Positions 27,739 to 36,291 of a DNA stretch of 49,766 nucleotides are shown here, piece by piece. How positions within the stretch are numbered: position 1 is the stretch's first letter; every line of letters begins with the position of its first letter. The stretch is taken from positions 1 through 49,766 of the forward strand of contig DASYSN010000048.1 in NCBI GenBank assembly GCA_036003305.1, read 5' to 3'. A program made the translations under genes and the position numbers. The notes below the pieces were generated by a model. That model did no database searches. It was not told the origin of the DNA and saw only the letters and a program-made list of their open reading frames with translations. This DNA is from Thermoanaerobaculia bacterium (lineage in GTDB: Bacteria; Acidobacteriota; Thermoanaerobaculia; Gp7-AA8).

Positions 27739-29910
27739 TCAGTGCCGGACGGCCCGCGCTTTCGCGGGCAGCGTCAGGATCTCGCGCTCGAAGACCCGTG
27801 GAATGCCTTCGTCGGCCGCGTTGCCGCGGGAGTAGGCGACGACCGACGGCAGGACGACGATCTGGAGGGGGAACGGCGAATCGGCGGCGGTGAACTCGAC
27901 CGGCGGCTCGACCACCCGCCCGTCGATGTCGAGCGCCGCGGCGATGCCATGCCAGTGTTCCGCCGAGTAGTCGCTGAACGTCAGAATGTAACGCGCGCCC
28001 GTGAACGCGATCCGAGGGAGCGATGCGTACGTTCCGAGCGTCGTTCCGGTGTCGACGACCGTCCCCTCGCGCAACAGCCGCTTGGCCAAGACCTTCGCGT
28101 CGTTTGTATACACGAACAGAAAATCGCGGCCATCCGAAGTGACGGCGGGTTGCACTTCGTCGGCTCCTGTGGCGGCGATCGCAATCGGAGCCGCATCCAT
28201 CGGCAAGCCGCTCGGCCCGATGCGGACGGCGAAAATGTCGCGGTAGTTCGGCGACGGCATTTGCCACCAGTTCGAACCTTCGGTCCACGCGACCACCGAT
28301 TCACTCCCGCTGCCGGCTGCTGCGAGGCCATATCCGAGGCGGGACGTGATGGCGATCGGCTGGCTGTCGATCGCGCCGCCGTTCGCGTTCAAGCGCACGA
28401 GCCAGATCCCGTCACTGTTCGCGAACGCGACGAAAGACGACGTCAGCACCGCCTCCGTTCCCTTGCCGAAGACGACCGGCTCCGTATCGAGCACGGCGCC
28501 GGACGACGTGAGACGTTTCCCGACAATCGATCCGCCCGAGGGCCACACCACGACGAAGACATTCCCGACCCAGGCCAGCGAGGTGCCGTTCGACGGCACC
28601 TCGCTCGCGATCGGAATGATCTCCGGGATACCGCTGGCGACGCTCCGCGTCAGGAGCTCGCCCGATCCATCGGTCTGCTCTTCGTTCCAAACGAGCAGCG
28701 GACCCGAAGGCGAGTCCGCGAGCAGTGGTGCCGTCTGCGGCATCGCGGAGCGCGAGACGACGAGGCCTGCCTTCAACACTTCGCTCGCCTCACGGTCGGC
28801 GAGGGCGCCGAGAACGTGCATCGTGCCGGGGAACGGCGCAAAGTCACTCCATGTCATGACCGCGCCGCTGCCGAGAGCCGCGATCTGCGGAACCACGGCT
28901 TGCGTCGTGGTGACGTTCAGAACGCGCAACGCATCGAACGAGAACTGTTCCGTATCGACCGCATTGCCGTCGCCCCCATATGCGACGAAGTCGTCGCCGC
29001 TCCAGTAGATGCCGCTGATCTGCGGAAAATAACGGAGGAGTGGCAGCGTATCGATGGTGCCCGTTGCCGCATCGACGCGGAGGCGCTGCATCGAGCCGTC
29101 GTTCGCCGCCGAGAACGCGATTCCGAACTGCGATCCGTTCCCTGCCATCGCGAGCTGCGGCTGGTTCACCGGCATGTCCGCGCCGAGAACGACCGGCTGA
29201 CCGATCGCATCGCCGCTGTCGTCGTAGCGTTGCAGATAAATAGTCGCGTGGCTGACGGTCGGCGGAGGAGCCGGCGACGCCACAGTGACCGATTTCGTCT
29301 CCGCCCACACGATCGCGAAGGTCTGACCGGCGGCCGATACGACGTACGACGACGCATTCAAAATCGGAAGCGGCAGCATGCGAATGAGCACGCCGTTCGC
29401 GTCGAGCAGCGCCGCAACGAGACCAGTGCGCGTGTTGAACACAACGAGCGCGTGCCGGCCGTTCCACGCGAGTGACCTCGCGGACGGCAACCCGAACAGG
29501 GCATGCGACGAGATCGTCTGGACCTCGCCGGCGAAGCGTCCATCAGCACCGATCGGAGCGGCGTAGAGTGTCGAGCTGTTGCCGTCCACCCACGTCGCAA
29601 GGTAGTGATCGCCCGTCCAGACGATCGAGGCGTTGTTGAAGGATCCTGCCTGCAGCAGGTTCGACGACGGAGGACTCACCGTTCCATCGGCGCCGATCAC
29701 CGATGAGTAGAGACCCTGTCGCGCGTAGTCGGCCGTCTCGAGCCAGAGCGCGACGCACGAGTCGCCGCCGCACGCGAGCGACCCCATATTCTGACCGCCG
29801 GTCGCCCCCGCGTACCGCGGCGCCGACGCCGCGACCTCCGGGCCGAACGTTACCGCGTCAGCAACGAGTGGAAGGAGAACTGCCGCGAACACCACCAGGA
29901 ACTTTCGCAT
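27739..29910 (-). CDS. secreted ~14-unit repeat protein, unknown family (paralogue 2 of 3)
   Basis: 723 aa with the signal peptide MRKFLVVFAAVLLPLVADA. Its repeat cores are the same type (DHYLATWVD, QTFAIVWAE, SESVVAWTE, RDFLFVYTN), and its tail is KARAVRH. Confidence 0.85.
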   Translation of the reverse strand: MRKFLVVFAAVLLPLVADAVTFGPEVAASAPRYAGATGGQNMGSLACGGDSCVALWLETADYARQGLYSSVIGADGTVSPPSSNLLQAGSFNNASIVWTGDHYLATWVDGNSSTLYAAPIGADGRFAGEVQTISSHALFGLPSARSLAWNGRHALVVFNTRTGLVAALLDANGVLIRMLPLPILNASSYVVSAAGQTFAIVWAETKSVTVASPAPPPTVSHATIYLQRYDDSGDAIGQPVVLGADMPVNQPQLAMAGNGSQFGIAFSAANDGSMQRLRVDAATGTIDTLPLLRYFPQISGIYWSGDDFVAYGGDGNAVDTEQFSFDALRVLNVTTTQAVVPQIAALGSGAVMTWSDFAPFPGTMHVLGALADREASEVLKAGLVVSRSAMPQTAPLLADSPSGPLLVWNEEQTDGSGELLTRSVASGIPEIIPIASEVPSNGTSLAWVGNVFVVVWPSGGSIVGKRLTSSGAVLDTEPVVFGKGTEAVLTSSFVAFANSDGIWLVRLNANGGAIDSQPIAITSRLGYGLAAAGSGSESVVAWTEGSNWWQMPSPNYRDIFAVRIGPSGLPMDAAPIAIAATGADEVQPAVTSDGRDFLFVYTNDAKVLAKRLLREGTVVDTGTTLGTYASLPRIAFTGARYILTFSDYSAEHWHGIAAALDIDGRVVEPPVEFTAADSPFPLQIVVLPSVVAYSRGNAADEGIPRVFEREILTLPAKARAVRH

Positions 29911-29950
29911 TGGCTTCCCCTCTAATACGGAAACCGCCCGAAATATGTCG

Positions 29951-32167
29951 TCAGCGCCGGATGCCGCGTCCCCTCGGCGACCCGCTCAGAACCTGGCGAG
30001 TGACGACCTGTGGGACTCCATCCTCTGCGTTCGGCCGCGGGTAGGCCACGATGACCGTCCCCTGAACGTTCGCCGCTGCCGCTTTGATGTCGAACGCGGT
30101 CTCCGTGCGAGAGAGAGCGCGCGCGTTGTCGATCGGGGCACCTGTCCGGTCGACGGTCGTCGCCGCCACGATCCACGCCACAGTCCACTGCTCATCCTGC
30201 GGAATGCTCCAGACGATGACGTATCCGCTTCCATTCCAGGCGACCGCCGGCGACTTCGGGTCGACAAAAAAGTTCAAGGTGCTCGCGTCCGGATCGACGA
30301 CGATGCCTTCATCCTGCGCGGTCGAGCCCGCGAGCGATCCTTCCGCGAGAAGCCGTTTCGTGACGATCCTCGGGTCGCTGTAGACGATCAGGAAGTCGCG
30401 CCCGTCTGACGCGATCGCCGGATTGACCGCGCTGCGCGCGCCGGTGTCGATCGCGATCGGAACGGAGTCGATCGGTTGTCCGCTCGAGCTCAACCGTGCG
30501 CCGTACACGTGAGTCACCTGGGTCACCTGTTCCGAATACTCCGACCATGCCAGCAGGAACTCATCGCCGTTCGTCCCGGCCGCAAGATCGATCGGCTCAT
30601 GCGTCGTGATCGTGATCGGCTGGCTGTCGATCGCGTTGCCGTTCGCGTTCAACCGCAGAACCGAGACGCCGTTGCCGTTCCAGAACGCCAGGAGCGGCAG
30701 TGAGCCGTTCGTAACGAGATGGGGGAAACCATGCGCGAACTCGATCGGGTTCGCGTCGAGCACCTCACCTGACGCGGAGACTCGCTTCCCGACGATGAGA
30801 TCCTGGAGGTCAAAGCGCTGCCACACCACGAGCCAGGCGTTTCCGAGCCACACTGCCGTGGGACGACCGGCCCACACATTGGTCGCGAGTGTGACCGCGG
30901 AGTCGTCGATCGGAGCGCCGGCCGGGCTCAGCCGCCGCGCCACGATGTCGGCGTGCGTTCCGTCGTGTTGCTGGCTCCAGACGAGCAGCGCACCGTTGCC
31001 GGAGGGCGCGAGCGCCGGCTCCGCCTGCGGGAGCGTCGAAACGGAGACGGAGATGTTGCCCTTCACGATCGCGGTCGCGTCGGTGTCGAGAAGCGAGCCG
31101 AAAACGTGCTTCGAGTCCGCACCGAGACGCGAGTCGCTCCAGATGGCGACCGCGCCGAAGGGGGCGGGAGCGAGCCTGGAATCAAAGATGTCGGAAGGGG
31201 AAGAGACGTTGAAGACGTGAACGGCATCCGACGAAAAGCGTTGCGTCACGATCGTGTTGGCGCTTGAGCCGTAAGCGACGAAATCGTCGCCGCTCCAGTA
31301 GACGCCCGAGACCTGCCGCCCGAAGGTGACGACCGGAAGGCGATCGATCGCGCCGGTCGACGCGTCGATGCGCAGGCGGGAGATCGAAGAATCGACCGCA
31401 GGCGCGTACGCCGCGCCGAACTGCGTCGCGTTTCCGGCGATGCCGGCACTCGTAATCTGGACCGGCAGGTTCTCCGCCAGCGTCACCGGCGCGGTGTCGA
31501 TTGGCGAGCCGGCGTCATTGAATCGCTCGAACTTCACCATCGACGTCGACTGAAACGATTCCACCCAGATCAGGGCGAACGTCTGGCCGGATGCCGCGGC
31601 ACCCCACTTCGTCGCATTGGTCGCCGGCAGTGCCCTCGGGTTCCCAACGACATGACCATTCGCGTCGAGAGTCGCACTCCAGAACTTGTCGGTATCGAAG
31701 ACAGCGAACGCGTGGCTGCCGTTCCACGCCAGAGCGTTTCCGCCGGCCGAATACGGGAACGTGCTGACCACCTGCACGGGAGCGCCGGAAAGAAGCCGGC
31801 CGTCACTCGAGAGCGGCGCGGCGTTGAGGGTGCCGTGGTCGAAATCGAGCCACGTCGCGAGATAGTGGTCGCCGGTCCAGACGATCGCACCGTCCGTGTC
31901 TTCGCCGAGGCTGATCACGTTCGACGATGCCGGATGCACGATGCCGCTCGCGTCGATGACCGACGAATAGAGGCCCCTGCGAGCGCCGTCCGAGTCGTGC
32001 CATAACGCGACGCACGACTGATCGCCGCACGCGATGGCGTTCGCCGTCTGCGTGCCGAACGCAGAGAAATGCTCCGGACGGGCGGCGGCAATTTCAGGGC
32101 CGAACGTGGCCGCCTGAAGCATCAACGGACTGAGGACGAGAGCCAGCAGAATCTCGACTTTTCGCAT
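29951..32167 (-). CDS. secreted ~14-unit repeat protein, unknown family (paralogue 3 of 3)
   Basis: 738 aa with the signal peptide MRKVEILLALVLSPLMLQAA. Its repeat cores are the same type (DHYLATWLD, QTFALIWVE, DEFLLAWSE, RDFLIVYSD), and its tail is PRGRGIRR. Confidence 0.85.
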   Translation of the reverse strand: MRKVEILLALVLSPLMLQAATFGPEIAAARPEHFSAFGTQTANAIACGDQSCVALWHDSDGARRGLYSSVIDASGIVHPASSNVISLGEDTDGAIVWTGDHYLATWLDFDHGTLNAAPLSSDGRLLSGAPVQVVSTFPYSAGGNALAWNGSHAFAVFDTDKFWSATLDANGHVVGNPRALPATNATKWGAAASGQTFALIWVESFQSTSMVKFERFNDAGSPIDTAPVTLAENLPVQITSAGIAGNATQFGAAYAPAVDSSISRLRIDASTGAIDRLPVVTFGRQVSGVYWSGDDFVAYGSSANTIVTQRFSSDAVHVFNVSSPSDIFDSRLAPAPFGAVAIWSDSRLGADSKHVFGSLLDTDATAIVKGNISVSVSTLPQAEPALAPSGNGALLVWSQQHDGTHADIVARRLSPAGAPIDDSAVTLATNVWAGRPTAVWLGNAWLVVWQRFDLQDLIVGKRVSASGEVLDANPIEFAHGFPHLVTNGSLPLLAFWNGNGVSVLRLNANGNAIDSQPITITTHEPIDLAAGTNGDEFLLAWSEYSEQVTQVTHVYGARLSSSGQPIDSVPIAIDTGARSAVNPAIASDGRDFLIVYSDPRIVTKRLLAEGSLAGSTAQDEGIVVDPDASTLNFFVDPKSPAVAWNGSGYVIVWSIPQDEQWTVAWIVAATTVDRTGAPIDNARALSRTETAFDIKAAAANVQGTVIVAYPRPNAEDGVPQVVTRQVLSGSPRGRGIRR

Positions 32168-32266
32168 ACGTATTGAATGTACGGAGCAAAAAGAAAAATG
32201 TCCTGTTTTCTACGGCACAGACCGCCGTGACCGTGCGCCGATCCGTTGCGTTACTCTACGTATCTC

Positions 32267-33313
32267 ATGGCCGACGTTGCGTTCGTCGATGTCGCGAAGC
32301 GCTACGGTGACGTCAGCGTCATCGAGCACCTGAACCTTCACGTCAACGATCACGAGCTGATGGTCCTGGTCGGTCCGTCCGGGTGCGGGAAATCGACCGC
32401 CTTGCGGATGATCGCCGGACTCGAAGAGATCAGCGACGGCACGATCTCGATCGGCGACCGCGTCGTGAACAACGTCGCGCCGAAAGACCGCGACATCGCC
32501 ATGGTGTTCCAGAGCTACGCGCTCTATCCGCATATGAGCGTCCGCGAGAACCTCGAGTTCGGCCTTCGCATGCGGCGCGTCGACCGCGAGGAGACTCGCA
32601 AACGCGTCGACTTCGCCGCCGAGATCCTCGGCCTGTCACAGCTCCTGGAGCGGAAACCGAAGGACCTCTCCGGCGGCCAGCGACAGCGCGTCGCCGTCGG
32701 CCGCGCCATCGTCCGGCAGCCGTCGGTCTTCCTCTTCGACGAACCGCTCTCGAATCTCGACGCCAAGCTGCGCGTCCAGACCCGCGCCGAGATCACCAAG
32801 CTCCAGCAGACCCTCGGCACCACCTCCGTCTACGTCACGCACGATCAGGTCGAGGCGATGACGATGGGCCATCGCATCACCGTCATGCGCGCGGGCGTGA
32901 TCCAGCAGGTCGGCACACCGGCCGATGTCTACGCCCACCCCGCTAATGCCTTCGTCGCGCAGTTCATCGGCACGCCTCCGATGAACCTGATCCGCGCGAC
33001 GGTCGAAGACGGCGTCGCGCGGACGTCCGCGTTCTCACTGCCGTTGCCGCATCCAGTCGCAAACGGAACGCGCATCCTCCTCGGCATCCGTCCCGAACAC
33101 GTGAAGCGCGGCACCGGGATCAAAGCTACGGTCGACGTCGTCGAGCCGATCGGCCACGAAACGGTCGTCTACGCGACGACTGGCGAAGAGCGGATCGCGG
33201 CCATCTTCGATCCGCAATCGACACCACGCGCCGGCGACGTCATCGAGATGGCGATCGACTCCGCGAAACTGCACCTCTTCGACGCCGAGACGGAGAAGGC
33301 CCTCACCCCTTGA
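32267..33313 (+). CDS. sugar ABC transporter ATP-binding protein (MalK/UgpC/MsmX type)
   Basis: Walker A GPSGCGKST, signature LSGGQRQRVAVGRA and Walker B FLFDEPLSNLD are present, followed by a C-terminal TOBE-like regulatory domain. The ATG at 32267 was chosen. Confidence 0.9.
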   Translation: MADVAFVDVAKRYGDVSVIEHLNLHVNDHELMVLVGPSGCGKSTALRMIAGLEEISDGTISIGDRVVNNVAPKDRDIAMVFQSYALYPHMSVRENLEFGLRMRRVDREETRKRVDFAAEILGLSQLLERKPKDLSGGQRQRVAVGRAIVRQPSVFLFDEPLSNLDAKLRVQTRAEITKLQQTLGTTSVYVTHDQVEAMTMGHRITVMRAGVIQQVGTPADVYAHPANAFVAQFIGTPPMNLIRATVEDGVARTSAFSLPLPHPVANGTRILLGIRPEHVKRGTGIKATVDVVEPIGHETVVYATTGEERIAAIFDPQSTPRAGDVIEMAIDSAKLHLFDAETEKALTP

Positions 33314-34124
33314 CGCTGCCGGCCATCAGTCCCGCGATGTAGTACCGCTGCAGGAAGACGAACAGCAGCAGGACGGGAAGCACCGTCACGACCGACCCGG
33401 CCATCATCAGCTCCAGATCCTGCACGTGCTCGCCGGAGAGGTTCGCGAGCGCCACGGGCAACGTGTAATGCGACTGATCGGAGAGGATGATCAGCGGCCA
33501 CATGAAATCGTTCCACGTCGACATGAACATGAACGTGGCAAGCGTCGCGAGGATCGGCCGCGCGAGCGGGAGTACCACCGACCAGTAGATCCGCAGCTCA
33601 CTCGCGCCGTCGAGCCGCGCGGCCTCGAGCAGCTCCTGCGGCACGTCGAGCATGAACTGGCGGATCAGGAAGACGCCGAACACCGTCGCCAGCGACGGGA
33701 TGATCGCTCCCCAGTAGCTGTTCACGAGATGGAGCTGCTTCATCAGCAGAAACAACGGCAGCATCCCGACCTGCGGCGGGATGACGAGCGCCGCGAGGAG
33801 GAAGCCGAAGATCCGATCGCGTCCGCCGAAGCGCAGCTTCGCGAACGCGTAACCCGCCATCGAGTTGAACAGCACCGAGAAGATCGTGACCATCGACGCC
33901 ACGAACGCGCTGCTGAAGAACGCGCGCCCGAGACTGAGGCGCGTGAAGAGCTGGCGGTATTGGTCGAGCGTCGCGGCGTGCGGGATGAGATGCGGCGGGA
34001 ACGTCGTCGCCTCGCCGTTCGCCATGAACGACGCTGAGAGCATCCAGAACAGCGGGAAGAGCGTCAGCGCCGCTCCGACGATGAGCGCCGCGTGCAACAG
34101 AAACGATTTCAGCGTGCGGTTCAT
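33303..34124 (-). CDS. carbohydrate ABC transporter permease (MalG/UgpE-like)
   Basis: MNRTLKSFLLHAALIVGAALTLFPLFWM begins the protein, and the EAA loop is EAARLDGASELRIYWSVVLP. The ATG at 34124 overlaps the upstream stop (ATGA). The track ORF 33303..34547 was trimmed. Confidence 0.9.
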   Translation of the reverse strand: MNRTLKSFLLHAALIVGAALTLFPLFWMLSASFMANGEATTFPPHLIPHAATLDQYRQLFTRLSLGRAFFSSAFVASMVTIFSVLFNSMAGYAFAKLRFGGRDRIFGFLLAALVIPPQVGMLPLFLLMKQLHLVNSYWGAIIPSLATVFGVFLIRQFMLDVPQELLEAARLDGASELRIYWSVVLPLARPILATLATFMFMSTWNDFMWPLIILSDQSHYTLPVALANLSGEHVQDLELMMAGSVVTVLPVLLLFVFLQRYYIAGLMAGSVKG

Positions 34125-34993
34125 CGGCTCCTCTGAAACCGCAATTGCACCAACGTCGCCGATCCGACGACGAGGAAGAGCACGAAGGCCACCGCTGCCG
34201 CGTATCCCATCCGCCAGAACTTGAAGCCCTGCTGGTACATCAGCATCACCGCGGACAGCGTGTGATTCAGCGGTCCGCCCTGGGTCATCACGTACGGTTC
34301 CGCGAAGAGCTGCAGGTAGCCGATCGCGGTAACGATGCCGACGAAGAGAAACGTCGGCGCGAGCATCGGCAGCGTCACGTGGCGGAACTGCCGCCACGGT
34401 CCGGCGCCGTCGATCCGCGCCGCCTCGTACAGTTCGTGGGGAATCGTCTGCAGGCCGGCGATGAAGATGATCATCGAGTAGCCGAACTGCCGCCAGATCG
34501 CGAGGATGATGATCGAGAAGAGCGCCCAATGCGGATCGCCGAGCCAATCGATCGCGGGGACGCCGACGACGCTCAGCGCGCGATTGATGACGCCGAATCG
34601 CGGGTGGTAGAGGTACTTGAAGACGATCGACACCGCGACCAGCGTCGTGACCACCGGCGCGAAGTAGATCGTCCGGAACATCGCCTTCCAGCGCGTCAGC
34701 TTCGCGTTCACCAGCAGCGCGGAGACGAGCGACCCAAGCACCGTCAGTGGACCGCCGACGATCGCGAACACCAGCGTGTTGAAGAACGCCTGCCAGAAGA
34801 TGCTGCTCCCCGTCAGTTCACGGTAGTTGTGCAGCCCGACGAAGCGGAGGTTGTGGATGTCTCCGATCGAGTAGAGGTCGAAGTCGGTGAGACTCAGCGC
34901 GAATCCGGCAACGACCGGCGCGAAGAAGAAGAGAAAGATCAGCAGCAGCGCCGGAGCGAGAAAGACCATCGCCGCGCGTGCCTCCGCACTCAT
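34121..34993 (-). CDS. carbohydrate ABC transporter permease (MalF/UgpA-like)
   Basis: It has six TM segments and the EAA loop EAARIDGAGPWRQFRHVTLP. Its start overlaps the stop of the binding-protein gene (ATGA). Confidence 0.9.
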   Translation of the reverse strand: MSAEARAAMVFLAPALLLIFLFFFAPVVAGFALSLTDFDLYSIGDIHNLRFVGLHNYRELTGSSIFWQAFFNTLVFAIVGGPLTVLGSLVSALLVNAKLTRWKAMFRTIYFAPVVTTLVAVSIVFKYLYHPRFGVINRALSVVGVPAIDWLGDPHWALFSIIILAIWRQFGYSMIIFIAGLQTIPHELYEAARIDGAGPWRQFRHVTLPMLAPTFLFVGIVTAIGYLQLFAEPYVMTQGGPLNHTLSAVMLMYQQGFKFWRMGYAAAVAFVLFLVVGSATLVQLRFQRSR

Positions 34994-36291
34994 CTCCCCG
35001 CCTCGGCGTGCGCGATCATCCAGCGCCGCTTCTCGAGCAGCTCATCGGCCTTCGCGTCGAGCTGCCGCAGCGCCGTCGGGACCGGGACGGTGCCGCGGGC
35101 GACCGCTTCGCCGCGGTCGAAGAGCTGCGTCGCGATCTGCTCCCACTCCGGAACGCGCGGCAGCGGCGCGACCCGTTCGAGCTGCGCCAGGAACGCGGGC
35201 AGGTGCGGATCCGCCTCGAGCTCCTTCGAGTGCCACGCGCTGCGCCGCGCCGGCAGATCACCCGTGAGCTGGAAGAAGCGGACCTGCTGCGCCGGCTCCG
35301 AGAGAAACTCGATCAGCTTCCGCGCCGCCGCGGCGTGCTTGCTCGCCTTGAAGACGACGATGCTCGATCCGCCCGCCATCGAGATCCCCTCCGGCTCGCT
35401 CGCGTCGCGCGCCGGCAACGGGCACGTGGCCCACTTGTCCTGCATCTCCGCCGGGAGGCGGCGCTTGAACTCGCCGACGTTCCACGGCCCGCTGATGTAC
35501 ATCGCGAAATCGCCCTGCGCGAACTGTTGATAGAGGTTCGAGATCTCGGTGTTGCTCTTCGCCGGCGCCCAGCCGCGCCGGAACAGCTCTGCGTAGAAAG
35601 CAAACGCCTGCGCGAACGCCGGCTGCTCGAACGCGCCGCGCGTTCCATCGGCATTGAGGAAAGTCGAATGATTCGAGAGTGCCAACACCTCAATCGGCTC
35701 GAATTCATTCGTCGGCAGCAGAATCCCCCACGGGCAGAGCTTCCGCGCCTTGATGCGCTCCATCGCCGTCACCCACTCCGCCCAAGTCTTCGGGCCGTTC
35801 GGAAAGCCTACGGCCGCGAGGACGTCGCTGCGGTAGAAGATGAGGCGCGTGTCGACGTACCACGGGATGCCGTACAGCGTCCCGTCGACGACGTTCGTTC
35901 CCCAGACACCGGCGAAATAATCGCGCGGATCGATGACGCCGCCCGTGAACGGTCCGACGTCCGCGAGCGCCTTCATCGCCACGAACTCCGGGATCCAGGT
36001 GTTCCCCATCTGCGCCGCGTCAGGCGTCGCCTCGCCGACGTGCGCCGTCAGCAGCTTCTCGTGCGCCGCCGTCCAGGGGATCTGCTGGACGATGACGTGA
36101 ATGTTCGGATTGCGCCGCTCGAACTCCGGAATCAGATCGGCGACGACTTCTCCTTCGCGGCCGAGGCCCCAGAACTCGAGGGTTTCGCGGGAATCTCGGC
36201 TGCGCCCTGCGCAAGACGGGAGAGCGGAGAGCGCAGAGAGGAGAAGCAGGCACACGAGTCCTGCGCTCTCCGCTCTCCGCTCTCCGCTCAC
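34990..36291 (-). CDS. extracellular solute-binding lipoprotein (family 1 sugar ABC SBP)
   Basis: The GTG at 36291 overlaps the GH144-like stop (GTGA). VSGERRAESAGLVCLLLLSALSALPSCAG has a lipobox, and the protein continues with FWGLGREGEV...QQIPWTAAHEKLLTA, typical of sugar SBPs. The track ORF 34990..37140 was trimmed. Confidence 0.8.
   Translation of the reverse strand: MSGERRAESAGLVCLLLLSALSALPSCAGRSRDSRETLEFWGLGREGEVVADLIPEFERRNPNIHVIVQQIPWTAAHEKLLTAHVGEATPDAAQMGNTWIPEFVAMKALADVGPFTGGVIDPRDYFAGVWGTNVVDGTLYGIPWYVDTRLIFYRSDVLAAVGFPNGPKTWAEWVTAMERIKARKLCPWGILLPTNEFEPIEVLALSNHSTFLNADGTRGAFEQPAFAQAFAFYAELFRRGWAPAKSNTEISNLYQQFAQGDFAMYISGPWNVGEFKRRLPAEMQDKWATCPLPARDASEPEGISMAGGSSIVVFKASKHAAAARKLIEFLSEPAQQVRFFQLTGDLPARRSAWHSKELEADPHLPAFLAQLERVAPLPRVPEWEQIATQLFDRGEAVARGTVPVPTALRQLDAKADELLEKRRWMIAHAEAGR
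36219..36278 (-). other. 18-bp perfect inverted repeat inside the first 25 codons of the SBP gene
   Basis: GGAGAGCGGAGAGCGCAG (36219-36236) and CTGCGCTCTCCGCTCTCC (36261-36278) are exact reverse complements separated by 24 nt. The right arm continues into a CTCTCCG x3 heptanucleotide run. Confidence 0.6.
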
